IMG/VR virus record: IMGVR_UViG_3300017742_000001
Location: 28,487 to 92,486 of that record
Length of the DNA: 64,000 nucleotides
Direction: 5' to 3' (one strand)
From: a virus
Part shown: piece after piece, positions 38,779 to 47,638 of the stretch
Position numbering within the stretch: position 1 is the first letter of the stretch
Layout: each line of letters starts with the position of its first letter
The notes under the pieces: model-generated
Told to the model about the DNA's origin: nothing
Seen by the model: the letters and a program-made list of their open reading frames with translations, nothing else
Database searches by the model: none
Program-made: the position numbers and the translations under genes

Positions 38779-41691
38779 ATGGACGCAACAAACAATATAG
38801 CAACAGACTTATTTTTTAAGGTTAGAAGCAGATTTTCTAATCTAAAACTTGGTGACGATTCAGGGCAAATTACAATTAATCCTGAAATGGCACGTTTTTT
38901 CGACTTTGATTATGTCGAGGAAGACAAAAAAATTGGACACGTAAGCATCAGTCTTGCTGAGCCTAACTCAATGAAAGTATACTTTTCAAATGGTATTACT
39001 GAGGGTATGGACAGGGATCAAAAAGATGGTTGGTATGGGTTTTTAAGAGAATTAAGAAAATTCTCAAAACGTAGACTATTAGCATTTGATACAAGAGACA
39101 TTGCAAAAGATAATTTAGATAAACGAGATTATGCTTTTCTAAGTCAATATGCAAACCCAGCGTCGGACAATGATACAATTACAAAACCTGTCGGAGAGAG
39201 TGTAATGAATGAAAGTAATTTATATGGAACTAAAACACAAAGTTTCCAAAAACTAGAAAATACAAAACTTATTATTAAGCATAGTAAAAAACTTGCTGAT
39301 GATATGGAACTAAAGCCAGGTGCTAGATCAAGAAATATATCTGCACTATTTGTACAAAATGAATCAGGGGAAAGATTTAAATATCCTTTCGTTCATTTAG
39401 CAGGCGCAAGAGCAATGCAGCGACACGTAGCAAACGGTGGCGCACCATATGATTCAATAGGTGAATCATTAATTAAAATGAGTGAAGAAATTGCTCAACT
39501 AAAAACATTTACAGGCTATGTTGTACGTAACGATTTGATGAACTCCGACACTAATCGAATTGTTGAACGTAGTAAAGTACAACTTGACACTCTTAGAGAA
39601 AGAATTGCAAAATTATCCAAACAGTCATACTACGAGGCTTTTAAAGAATCATTTGAGGCAAGAGCAGACGTTGAAGTAGACGATACGCAGATGGAACAAT
39701 ACAAAGATATGTTTACTGTTAAGAACTTTAAAGAAGACTTAACAGATGTATTTCCAGTGATTCATAGATTAATGAAAGAAGAAGAAACAGTAGGCTATGA
39801 CGACATAGTCGGTATGACAGCAGAGGCTGATGATAACGTAGAAGTTTCAGATGAAATGAATGGAATGATTTCCGATTTGGTTGAAAAATTCTCTAAGTTC
39901 AGAGGCGGCAACGGAGACAGATTACCAGACGGTTATATACAGTGGGCATTGAACTCAGGCATTACTACAGACTTTGTTGAAGAAAATGAGGCTGAAGCAA
40001 TGAAGGAAAAATACGGCGAAGAAGAATTTGAAAATGATCCGCTGGGACACGTTGACGAAATGCCAATTACAAAAGCATTTATGGATGAAATTGAAAAAAT
40101 TACAGGCAATGATGACATTGATACGAATGCAAGAATTATTGATAAAGTTCAGTCAGGTGACGCTGACGAATCTGCATCAACAGACGAGATGGCAAAATTT
40201 GAGGCTTGGGTAGATGCACTGGGCGAAGAAAGTCCAATTCAAATTGCAGACCAAGAAGAAAAGGCAGATATGATTAGAAGTTTAAGTGAACTTACTAGTC
40301 AAGAATTTACTGCCGGTGTTGATGGTACTAATGCTATTACAAGTTTAGAAGGTATCATTGACGATCCTAAATTAGAGCAAGATATCAAAGCAAAAGCAAC
40401 TGAAGATACAACAGCAGATGTAAGGCCTTTAGTTAAAGCGTGGATTGAAGAAAATGCACCAGACTTATTAGGCGAATTAGATTTTGGCGATATGGCAGAA
40501 GAACCTGCTGCTGAAGAACCTGCTGCTGAAGGGATCACAGATAAATTTATGAAAGATCCATCAATGGGTATGAACAAGTATGGACTTGCTGCTATTCAAA
40601 AGGACGGTATGTTCTTTAGTATTAAAGATAAGAAAATTACAGGCGGACCATTTGACAGTATTGATGAACTTAAAAAGCATCAAGAAGAATTAATGAACAA
40701 AGACTCCGATGATGACTACAAAGATACGCAACCAGAGTTAAAAGGTGGCGGTAGTGCATTCAAAGGTTTCAAAGGCAAAGATCCTGAAGCAGATGAACTA
40801 AATGATATTATGAAACTGTCAGGCGAATCATATAGCAAAACACAAGAAGCCGGCGATCCATACAGACAATCCAGTCTGCATATTGGACAAACGAATGATC
40901 CGATAATGTTTAAAGGCAAAGAAATTGATCTTGACAAACTAGACTATGATATGCAAGATATTAGTGACGGCATATATGAATTAAATGCTCCTGTGTATTA
41001 CACAGACGGTACAGAAGTTGACGATTCAGATATGGCAGAGTTAGAAGAACTTCCAGAACTAAACGATTATATCTACCAAGATTATATGGACAGACAAGCA
41101 CCACAAGAAGGAGCAGTTTCAGAAGGTGGCAATGCTTGGGATATGGCACTTACAGGCGGAATGGAAATTATTTCAAACTGTGATGACCAAGAAGAATGCA
41201 TTAAGCAACTAGAAGCAGAAATAACAGGCGGCAAAGATGCTGATGATGCATATGCTGATATGATTACCAAAGACTTCATCGAAAAAATTAAAAAGCACGG
41301 ACTTGAAAAAGTAAAACGTGATGTAGACGCTGAAGATATAATGGGTGAGCCTGTTGATTTAGAAGGACAAGAAACTGAAGGCAACGAATACGGCGATAAA
41401 GTTTCAACTCTTAAAGCACAAGGTGCTAAGAAAGGCACTAAGTTTAAAACATCAGATGGTGAAGAGCATACACTAGAAGGTTTAGCAGAATTTATTAAAT
41501 CTTTTTATGATGAATCTACAAATACTTTTCCAAAAGGCCCAGAAGGTGTAGCAACAATGGTAGGCAAGAAGTTCGGTGAACAGGCTGAGCAGGTTGCACG
41601 TAAGATGGTAGAAAGAATGGCTCCTGCACAAGAACAAGGCGCAGAAGAACTAGAAGAACTAGGTAGAATTAAAGATCTTATTAAATTTTAA
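38779..41691 (+). CDS. Large acidic hypothetical protein (~970 aa), probably virion/internal
   Basis: Long ORF; start MDATNN at 38779, 5 nt after TAAATA; very acidic C-terminal two-thirds; EEPAA tandem repeat at 40498-40527. Confidence 0.6.
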   Translation: MDATNNIATDLFFKVRSRFSNLKLGDDSGQITINPEMARFFDFDYVEEDKKIGHVSISLAEPNSMKVYFSNGITEGMDRDQKDGWYGFLRELRKFSKRRLLAFDTRDIAKDNLDKRDYAFLSQYANPASDNDTITKPVGESVMNESNLYGTKTQSFQKLENTKLIIKHSKKLADDMELKPGARSRNISALFVQNESGERFKYPFVHLAGARAMQRHVANGGAPYDSIGESLIKMSEEIAQLKTFTGYVVRNDLMNSDTNRIVERSKVQLDTLRERIAKLSKQSYYEAFKESFEARADVEVDDTQMEQYKDMFTVKNFKEDLTDVFPVIHRLMKEEETVGYDDIVGMTAEADDNVEVSDEMNGMISDLVEKFSKFRGGNGDRLPDGYIQWALNSGITTDFVEENEAEAMKEKYGEEEFENDPLGHVDEMPITKAFMDEIEKITGNDDIDTNARIIDKVQSGDADESASTDEMAKFEAWVDALGEESPIQIADQEEKADMIRSLSELTSQEFTAGVDGTNAITSLEGIIDDPKLEQDIKAKATEDTTADVRPLVKAWIEENAPDLLGELDFGDMAEEPAAEEPAAEGITDKFMKDPSMGMNKYGLAAIQKDGMFFSIKDKKITGGPFDSIDELKKHQEELMNKDSDDDYKDTQPELKGGGSAFKGFKGKDPEADELNDIMKLSGESYSKTQEAGDPYRQSSLHIGQTNDPIMFKGKEIDLDKLDYDMQDISDGIYELNAPVYYTDGTEVDDSDMAELEELPELNDYIYQDYMDRQAPQEGAVSEGGNAWDMALTGGMEIISNCDDQEECIKQLEAEITGGKDADDAYADMITKDFIEKIKKHGLEKVKRDVDAEDIMGEPVDLEGQETEGNEYGDKVSTLKAQGAKKGTKFKTSDGEEHTLEGLAEFIKSFYDESTNTFPKGPEGVATMVGKKFGEQAEQVARKMVERMAPAQEQGAEELEELGRIKDLIKF

Positions 41692-41731
41692 TGATTTTAC
41701 GTATTGATTTTTTACGTAAAGATGTTTAAAT

Positions 41732-41766
41732 AATAGTGTAGTAGGAAACTGCTACACTATTTTTTT
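41732..41766 (+). terminator. Rho-independent terminator-like hairpin (GAAA loop) upstream of pqqA
   Basis: AATAGTGTAGTAG-GAAA-CTGCTACACTATT followed by a T run. Confidence 0.8.
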
Positions 41767-41786
41767 CACTTTATAAAGGAAACATT

Positions 41787-41858
41787 ATGTGGACAAAGCC
41801 TCAAGCAATAGAAATGAGATTCGGCTTCGAAGTAACGATGTACATAGCCAACCGATAG
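41787..41858 (+). CDS. pqqA: Pyrroloquinoline quinone precursor peptide PqqA (23 aa)
   Basis: MWTKPQAIEMRFGFEVTMYIANR*, with W-x-x-P and R-x-G-F-E-x-T-x-Y (E-x3-Y); AAGGA RBS upstream; absent from the ORF track. Confidence 0.93.
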   Translation: MWTKPQAIEMRFGFEVTMYIANR

Positions 41859-41930
41859 ACAAAGAAGTAGAAGAACACAAAGAAGTAAAGGTAGACATAC
41901 GCAAACTAATTGAAACATTAGATTGCGAAT

Positions 41931-41960
41931 AAAGAAAGGATCTTCGGATCCTTTTCTTTT
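41931..41960 (+). terminator. Terminator with C(UUCG)G loop after pqqA
   Basis: AAAGAAAGGATC-TTCG-GATCCTTTTCTTTT. Confidence 0.9.
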
Positions 41961-41994
41961 GGCTAAACAAATCTATTTTAAATTAAAAATAGAC

Positions 41995-42023
41995 TTGACG
42001 GGCTAAATAAAAGAGCATATAAT
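41995..42023 (+). promoter_or_regulatory. Sigma70-type promoter with an embedded late motif, upstream of gp32
   Basis: TTGACG-N17-TATAAT; TAAATA at 42004-42009 inside the spacer. Confidence 0.75.
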
Positions 42024-42084
42024 ACATAGTATGCATTAGGCATAAAATGACATTTTTTATTAGGCAAACAAAGGAGGCTAACAA

Positions 42085-43092
42085 ATGGCATCATTAGCAG
42101 AAATTCGTGCAAAACTGCAGGAAGCAAACAATCGCTCAACTGGTAATTCTACTGGAGGCGGTGACAACGCAATTTACCCACATTGGAATATGCAAGAAGG
42201 CAGAGAAGCCGTGGTAAGATTCTTACCCGACGGTAACACTGACAACACATTCTTTTGGGTAGAACGTGCGATGATTAAATTACCATTCGCAGGTATTAAA
42301 GGTGAAACGGATAGTCGTAATACTATTGTGCAAGTTCCGTGTGTGGAAATGTACAATGACGGTACTACTTGTCCAATTCTATCTGAAGTACGTGGTTGGT
42401 TTAAAGACAAATCACTAGAAGATATGGGTCGTAAGTATTGGAAAAAACGTTCATATATCTTCCAAGGGTTTGTAAACGACGATCCTCTTAACGAAGAGAG
42501 AACACCAGAAAATCCTATTCGTAGGTTTATTATTGGTCCACAGATTTATCAGATCATTAAAGGTGCTTTGATGGATCCGGAGTTGGAAGAGTTACCAACT
42601 GATTTCCTTCGTGGTGTTGACTTTAGAATCAAGAAAACATCAAAAGGTGGTTATGCTGACTACTCAACATCACAATGGTCACGTAAAGAGCGTGCATTGG
42701 CTGAGAATGAGAACGCAGCAGTTGAACAACACGGTTTGTTTAACTTATCAGACTTCCTTCCTAAGAAGCCAGGCGAAGTTGAGCTTAAGGTTATGAAGGA
42801 AATGTTTGAAGCATCTGTAGATGGTGAAGCATATGATGCAGATCGTTGGGGACAATATTTCCGTCCAGCGGGTATGCAACAGCGTACAGGAGATCCGAAT
42901 AAGGCACCACAAACGCCAGCGGCATCAGCACCTGTAACTGCTCCGACTGCTCCGGCAGCACCAGTAGCAACTGCTCCAGTAGTAGAAGCAACTGCGGCTC
43001 CAGCGGCAGCACCAGAAACAGTAACTACTGAAGACAATGGATCGGGTCGTGCGCAAGACATCCTTGCAATGATTCGCAACCGTCAGCAATAA
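42085..43092 (+). CDS. Single-stranded DNA-binding protein (T4 gp32-like)
   Basis: VRFLPD, C..Y....CPI, YWKKRSY, G.DF.IKKT.KGGYADYS.S.W; AAGGAGG RBS. Confidence 0.85.
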   Translation: MASLAEIRAKLQEANNRSTGNSTGGGDNAIYPHWNMQEGREAVVRFLPDGNTDNTFFWVERAMIKLPFAGIKGETDSRNTIVQVPCVEMYNDGTTCPILSEVRGWFKDKSLEDMGRKYWKKRSYIFQGFVNDDPLNEERTPENPIRRFIIGPQIYQIIKGALMDPELEELPTDFLRGVDFRIKKTSKGGYADYSTSQWSRKERALAENENAAVEQHGLFNLSDFLPKKPGEVELKVMKEMFEASVDGEAYDADRWGQYFRPAGMQQRTGDPNKAPQTPAASAPVTAPTAPAAPVATAPVVEATAAPAAAPETVTTEDNGSGRAQDILAMIRNRQQ

Positions 43093-43175
43093 AAAAGAGT
43101 TTATGAGAGTTCCGGCAAAAACCTCCGTACGGTAACCAGCGAGGTCTCTCATACTTTAACAAAGGAAAGGTAATT

Positions 43176-44255
43176 ATGGCAAAAGCGTTTGACGTAACTA
43201 AATTTAGAAAGAGTCTTACAAAGTCTATTGACGGACTTGGTATTGGCTTTAATGATCCTACAGATTGGATCAGCACAGGCAACTATGCACTTAACTATCT
43301 TGTAAGTGGCGACTTCCACAAAGGTGTTCCACTAGGCAAGGTAACTGTATTAGCAGGAGAATCGGGTGCAGGTAAATCATATATTGCTGCCGGTAATATT
43401 GTAAAATCGGCACAACAACAAGGTATCTTTGTAGTACTAATTGACACAGAGAATGCCTTAGATGAGAAATGGCTACACGCATTAGATGTAGACACATCTC
43501 CAGAAAAGATTCTTAAACTTAATATGTCAATGATTGATGATGTTGCTAAAACAATATCAGAGTTTATGAAAGAATACAGAGACATGGCAGAAGAAGAACG
43601 CCCTAAAGTATTGTTTGTAATTGACTCACTTGGTATGTTACTAACACCTACAGATGTTGATCAGTTTAATAAAGGTGATATGAAAGGTGATATGGGTCGT
43701 AAGCCTAAAGCACTAACATCACTTGTACGTAATACTGTTAATATGATTGGTAGTTATAACGTAGGTATGGTATGTACTAACCACACATATGCATCACAAG
43801 ATATGTTTGATCCAGATGACAAGATTAGTGGTGGACAAGGCTTTATCTATGCATCAAGTATTGTTGTTGCTATGCGTAAACTTAAACTAAAAGTAGACGC
43901 AGATGGTAATAAGACTACTACAGTACAAGGTATTCGTGCTGCGTGTAAAGTTATGAAAACACGTTATGCAAAGCCGTTTGAAGCAGTACAAGTACAGATT
44001 CCATATGAAACAGGAATGGATCCATACAGTGGCTGTGTTGACTTGTTTGAAGCAAAAGGTTTGCTGAAGAAAGATGGTAATCGACTTAAATATACAGACT
44101 TAAATGGGGAGGTCCATTTAGAGTATCGTAAAAACTGGACTGGCGATAAACTAAACTTAATTATGGAAGAGCTTGGTAAAGAGCCAGAGACTGTAGAAGT
44201 AGAGGAACCAGTCGAAGTCGAGTTAGAGGAACCAGTAACAAGCAACGGAGAATAA
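43176..44255 (+). CDS. uvsX: RecA-like recombinase UvsX
   Basis: STGNYALN, GESGAGKS, IDTENALD, VIDSLG, SGGQGF.Y.SS. Confidence 0.9.
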   Translation: MAKAFDVTKFRKSLTKSIDGLGIGFNDPTDWISTGNYALNYLVSGDFHKGVPLGKVTVLAGESGAGKSYIAAGNIVKSAQQQGIFVVLIDTENALDEKWLHALDVDTSPEKILKLNMSMIDDVAKTISEFMKEYRDMAEEERPKVLFVIDSLGMLLTPTDVDQFNKGDMKGDMGRKPKALTSLVRNTVNMIGSYNVGMVCTNHTYASQDMFDPDDKISGGQGFIYASSIVVAMRKLKLKVDADGNKTTTVQGIRAACKVMKTRYAKPFEAVQVQIPYETGMDPYSGCVDLFEAKGLLKKDGNRLKYTDLNGEVHLEYRKNWTGDKLNLIMEELGKEPETVEVEEPVEVELEEPVTSNGE

Positions 44256-44260
44256 AAAGT

Positions 44261-44497
44261 ATGAATAGTGATCTAATAGCAGATATATGGACTATAATGG
44301 TTGAACACATCGAAGAGAAGAAAAAGAAAGATGTGGCAGCAAGTTATATAAATGCGCTACTAGATTATGGTGTGAGCGAATCAGTTATTCAAGGACTGTT
44401 TGGCATTGACACTTATCTAGATGAAGCAGTCGAATACGTCTTGGATGATGAAGAAGTCGAAGACTATGATGAAGATGAAGATGATCGTTGGGATTAA
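44261..44497 (+). CDS. Small acidic hypothetical protein
   Basis: GGAG RBS; lies between uvsX and uvsY. Confidence 0.6.
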   Translation: MNSDLIADIWTIMVEHIEEKKKKDVAASYINALLDYGVSESVIQGLFGIDTYLDEAVEYVLDDEEVEDYDEDEDDRWD

Positions 44498-44500
44498 AGT

Positions 44501-44959
44501 ATGACAAATTGGTATGATCTAGTTTCGAAAGACATCAGCAAGATACCAGACGCTGTTGATTATTTCAATACGGAACTAATATCTGCAAAAGCAGAAATTA
44601 AAATTACTGGACGGATCGAGAAAGCATCAGCACACTTGCCTGCTTCCGTAGAAACTAGATTCAGCCAACTTCAAGAAATTGAAGCGATACTTGAATATCT
44701 TAATATTGAACTTCGTAGATTACGATCTTCACACTTTAGAAAATACGTTGAAAACTATCAAAGACAATTAAGTTCACGTGATGCAGAGAAATTTGTAGAC
44801 GGTGAAGCAGACGTAGTTGACTTTGAAAAAATTATTAACGAATTTGCTCTTATACGAAATAAGTGGTTAGGGATTATTAAAGGACTTGATCAGAAACAGT
44901 GGCAATTGACTAACATTGTTAAGTTAAGAACTGCTGGACTTGATGATGCTACTTTGTAA
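44501..44959 (+). CDS. uvsY: Recombination mediator UvsY-like
   Basis: Helical; 'Y.E.Y.R.LSSRDAEK.VDGE.DV'; 'KGLD.KQWQL.NIVKLR'; located after uvsX. Confidence 0.7.
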   Translation: MTNWYDLVSKDISKIPDAVDYFNTELISAKAEIKITGRIEKASAHLPASVETRFSQLQEIEAILEYLNIELRRLRSSHFRKYVENYQRQLSSRDAEKFVDGEADVVDFEKIINEFALIRNKWLGIIKGLDQKQWQLTNIVKLRTAGLDDATL

Positions 44960-45323
44960 TTTCTAACGCTTTTTTCTTTTTCTCAAGATAATTTTTTACT
45001 ACATCCGCAAGTTGTGCGTGTGTATCATTAAACCACGTGGCTACGTGATAATTAAATTTTTTAGGTTTTTGAAAATCTGAATTGCTAGTTACTGTATCCA
45101 TCCAAACAATATAGTCTGGTTCTAAGTAATCTTTAGCATCATTTGAGTTACAGCGTTTGTCGATTATTACAATCTTGCCTGCTGCAACTATACCATCTAC
45201 GTATCCACGTAGTTCATTTTGGTAACTATCTTTGTTAATATAAACTCCACCAACCAGCTCTGCGAATGGTTTTGCTAGTGTTGTTTTACCTGACCCTTCT
45301 GGTCCACAAATTAGTATTTTCAA
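44949..45323 (-). CDS. Small P-loop kinase (adenylylsulfate-kinase-like, shortened)
   Basis: KILICGPEGSGKTTLA; 'DYIVWMDT'; TTG start with AAGGAGG RBS. Confidence 0.6.
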   Translation of the reverse strand: MKILICGPEGSGKTTLAKPFAELVGGVYINKDSYQNELRGYVDGIVAAGKIVIIDKRCNSNDAKDYLEPDYIVWMDTVTSNSDFQKPKKFNYHVATWFNDTHAQLADVVKNYLEKKKKALEITK

Positions 45324-45381
45324 TATGTCCTCCTTGTTTCACTTCTATATTTACACATAAACTGAGCATATAAATAGAAGT

Positions 45382-46152
45382 ATGAAAACAATTGTATTAG
45401 TAACCGGTGGCTTTGACCCACTACACAGTGGACACATTGCCTATTTCAAAGAAGCAAAGAAGCTCGGCGACAAACTTATTGTTGGCGTGAATAGTGACGA
45501 TTGGCTTACACGTAAAAAAGGCAGACCATTTATGCCTTTTGATGAACGTCTTGCAATCATTAGAGAACTAGCAGTCGTAGATGATGTACTTTCGTTTGAT
45601 GATAGTGACGATAGTGCGTGTGGTGCAATTTTTAAAGCAATGGCCACAAACGGCGCAGTTAAAATTCTATTTGCAAATGGTGGCGATAGAGAACAAACTA
45701 ATATTCCTGAATACGAAACATACGGTGATCATCCTAATGTAGAATTTGCATTTGGTGTAGGTGGCCAAGATAAAAAGAATTCAAGTAGTTGGATACTTCA
45801 AGAATGGAAAAATCCTAAGACAGAACGTGCTTGGGGCTATTATAGAGTACTTCACGAATACGGTAAAAAAGTTAAAGTAAAAGAACTTACTGTAGAGCCA
45901 GGTAAAAAACTTAGTATGCAACGTCATCAAGATAGAGCAGAACATTGGTTTGTAGCAAAGGGCGAAGCAAGTGTATATACTATTAACAACGCAACAGACT
46001 ACGAACTTCGTGGCACATTCAAAGAACACAAGTCACTGCACATAGGTAATAAGGAGTGGCATATGTTAGCAAATGAAACAGATAAACCGCTTCAAATAGT
46101 AGAAATTCAATACGGACGTAATTGTGTTGAAGAGGATATCGAACGCAAATGA
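45382..46152 (+). CDS. Nucleotidyltransferase (HldE/TagD-like) fused to a mannose-6-P-isomerase-type cupin
   Basis: TGGFDPLHSGH (HxGH), GVNSD.WL.RKKG; C-terminal R.WG.Y, LSMQRH..RAEHW, EIQYG..C.EEDIER; preceded by TATAAATA-N5. Confidence 0.85.
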   Translation: MKTIVLVTGGFDPLHSGHIAYFKEAKKLGDKLIVGVNSDDWLTRKKGRPFMPFDERLAIIRELAVVDDVLSFDDSDDSACGAIFKAMATNGAVKILFANGGDREQTNIPEYETYGDHPNVEFAFGVGGQDKKNSSSWILQEWKNPKTERAWGYYRVLHEYGKKVKVKELTVEPGKKLSMQRHQDRAEHWFVAKGEASVYTINNATDYELRGTFKEHKSLHIGNKEWHMLANETDKPLQIVEIQYGRNCVEEDIERK

Positions 46153-46961
46153 ACGATTGGATATTCTTAAGTAAGGATAATAAAGATCCGTATATTAATG
46201 AATTTGCAGCAGGTTGTAAATCTAGTACAACCGATGCCAACGACTTTAAGTATGACAGTGAAGATGAACGTCCAATCGTGCTCAGAGGAATACTTAAAAA
46301 GAAAATTATGCACAAGTGTTTTGAAGATAATAGAGATTTCTATTATATGGATACAGGATACTTTGGCAATGAAGTTACAAAAAGCAATCCTAACGGTTGG
46401 AAGTATTGGCACAGAATTGTTAAAAACGATTTACAACACGGCAATATTATTGAACGACCAGATGACAGATTTAAACAGTTTAAGAAAGAGTTTGCGCCTT
46501 GGAAGAAAAGCGGACGTAAAATTTTAATTGCTGCTCCTGATGAAAAGCCTTGTAAATTCTACGGTATTAATTTGGAAGAGTGGTTGCACACAACTGTTGC
46601 TCAATTAAAAAAATACACTGATCGTCCTATCGAAGTAAGACGCCGAGATAAACAAAGAAGCACACGTTTAACAGATACATTAGAACAAGCATTAAACAAA
46701 GATGTATTTGCACTAGTTACATTCAACAGCAATGCAGCAACAGAGTCAGTATTTCACGGTATACCTGTGTTTCCACTAGCACCTGCAAACTCTGCAATAG
46801 CAGTTGGGAGTAAAGATTTAAGTCTAATAGAAACACCTTACTATCCATCAGAAGATAAAAGATATGCTTGGGGTTGTCATTTAGCATACGGCCAATATCA
46901 CGTAAGTGAATTAAGAACAGGCAAGGCCAAAAAACTTTTGGAGGAACAATGGAAAAACTAA
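46149..46961 (+). CDS. GT-B glycosyltransferase-like (capsule biosynthesis KpsS/KpsC-like) paralog 1
   Basis: YYMDTGYFG, ILI..P, TDRPI.VR, VTFNSNAA.E...GIPV. Confidence 0.55.
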   Translation: MNDWIFLSKDNKDPYINEFAAGCKSSTTDANDFKYDSEDERPIVLRGILKKKIMHKCFEDNRDFYYMDTGYFGNEVTKSNPNGWKYWHRIVKNDLQHGNIIERPDDRFKQFKKEFAPWKKSGRKILIAAPDEKPCKFYGINLEEWLHTTVAQLKKYTDRPIEVRRRDKQRSTRLTDTLEQALNKDVFALVTFNSNAATESVFHGIPVFPLAPANSAIAVGSKDLSLIETPYYPSEDKRYAWGCHLAYGQYHVSELRTGKAKKLLEEQWKN

Positions 46962-47638
46962 AAGTATTTGTAGGATATGATCCTAGAGAAGACATTGCAT
47001 ATCAAGTATGCAAACACAGCATTGAGTCGAGAAGTCCTAATGCAGAAGTAATACCTTTAATACAAAAAGATTTAAGAGAGCAAGGGTATTATGACAGACC
47101 AATTGACAAACTAGCAAGTACAGAATTTACATTTACAAGATTCTTAGTACCTGAACTAAGCAACTTTAATGGCTGGGCAATGTTTATGGATTGTGATATG
47201 ATCCTTACAACAGACATTGCAGAACTATTTGCACAAGCAAATGACGACTATGCTTTAATGTGTGTAAAGCACGACTATACACCTAAAGCAGGTATTAAAA
47301 TGGACGGACAAGCACAAACTGTGTATCCACGTAAAAATTGGTCAAGTGTAATGCTTTTTAATTGTAGTCATCCAAGCAATCAAGATATTAACGTACAACT
47401 TGTTAATGATCCAACAGTTACAGGAAAATATTTACATAGATTTAGTTGGCTTGACGATAAAGAAATTGGAGAACTAAGTCCGGAGTGGAATTGGTTAGTA
47501 GGTTGGTATAAAGAACCACAAGACGGAACTCCAAAACTGTTACACTATACAGAAGGCGGTCCTTGGTTTGAAAACTACAGACACTGTCAATATAATCAAC
47601 TATGGAAAAAAGAACTAAGTGAGATGATGAATGGATGA
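46949..47638 (+). CDS. GT-A glycosyltransferase (GT8-like)
   Basis: VFVGYD.RE, STEFTFTRFLVP, FMDCDM (DxD), YPRKNWSS, WNWL, HYTEGGPWF. Confidence 0.8.
   Translation: MEKLKVFVGYDPREDIAYQVCKHSIESRSPNAEVIPLIQKDLREQGYYDRPIDKLASTEFTFTRFLVPELSNFNGWAMFMDCDMILTTDIAELFAQANDDYALMCVKHDYTPKAGIKMDGQAQTVYPRKNWSSVMLFNCSHPSNQDINVQLVNDPTVTGKYLHRFSWLDDKEIGELSPEWNWLVGWYKEPQDGTPKLLHYTEGGPWFENYRHCQYNQLWKKELSEMMNG

Noticed and set aside
38779-41691. Portal protein (gp20), by position next to the terminase
   Set aside because: No gp20-like motifs recognised, and the composition is far too acidic.
41785-41970. 61-aa minus-strand ORF in the track
   Set aside because: It is antisense to pqqA, runs through a terminator and has no RBS. 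The plus-strand pqqA explains the region.
43098-43157. c-di-GMP-I (GEMM) riboswitch, suggested by the GCAAA..CCTCCG...AGCGAGGT resemblance
   Set aside because: The first GNRA-capped stem of the aptamer is absent and the element is too short. Kept only as an unassigned structured RNA.
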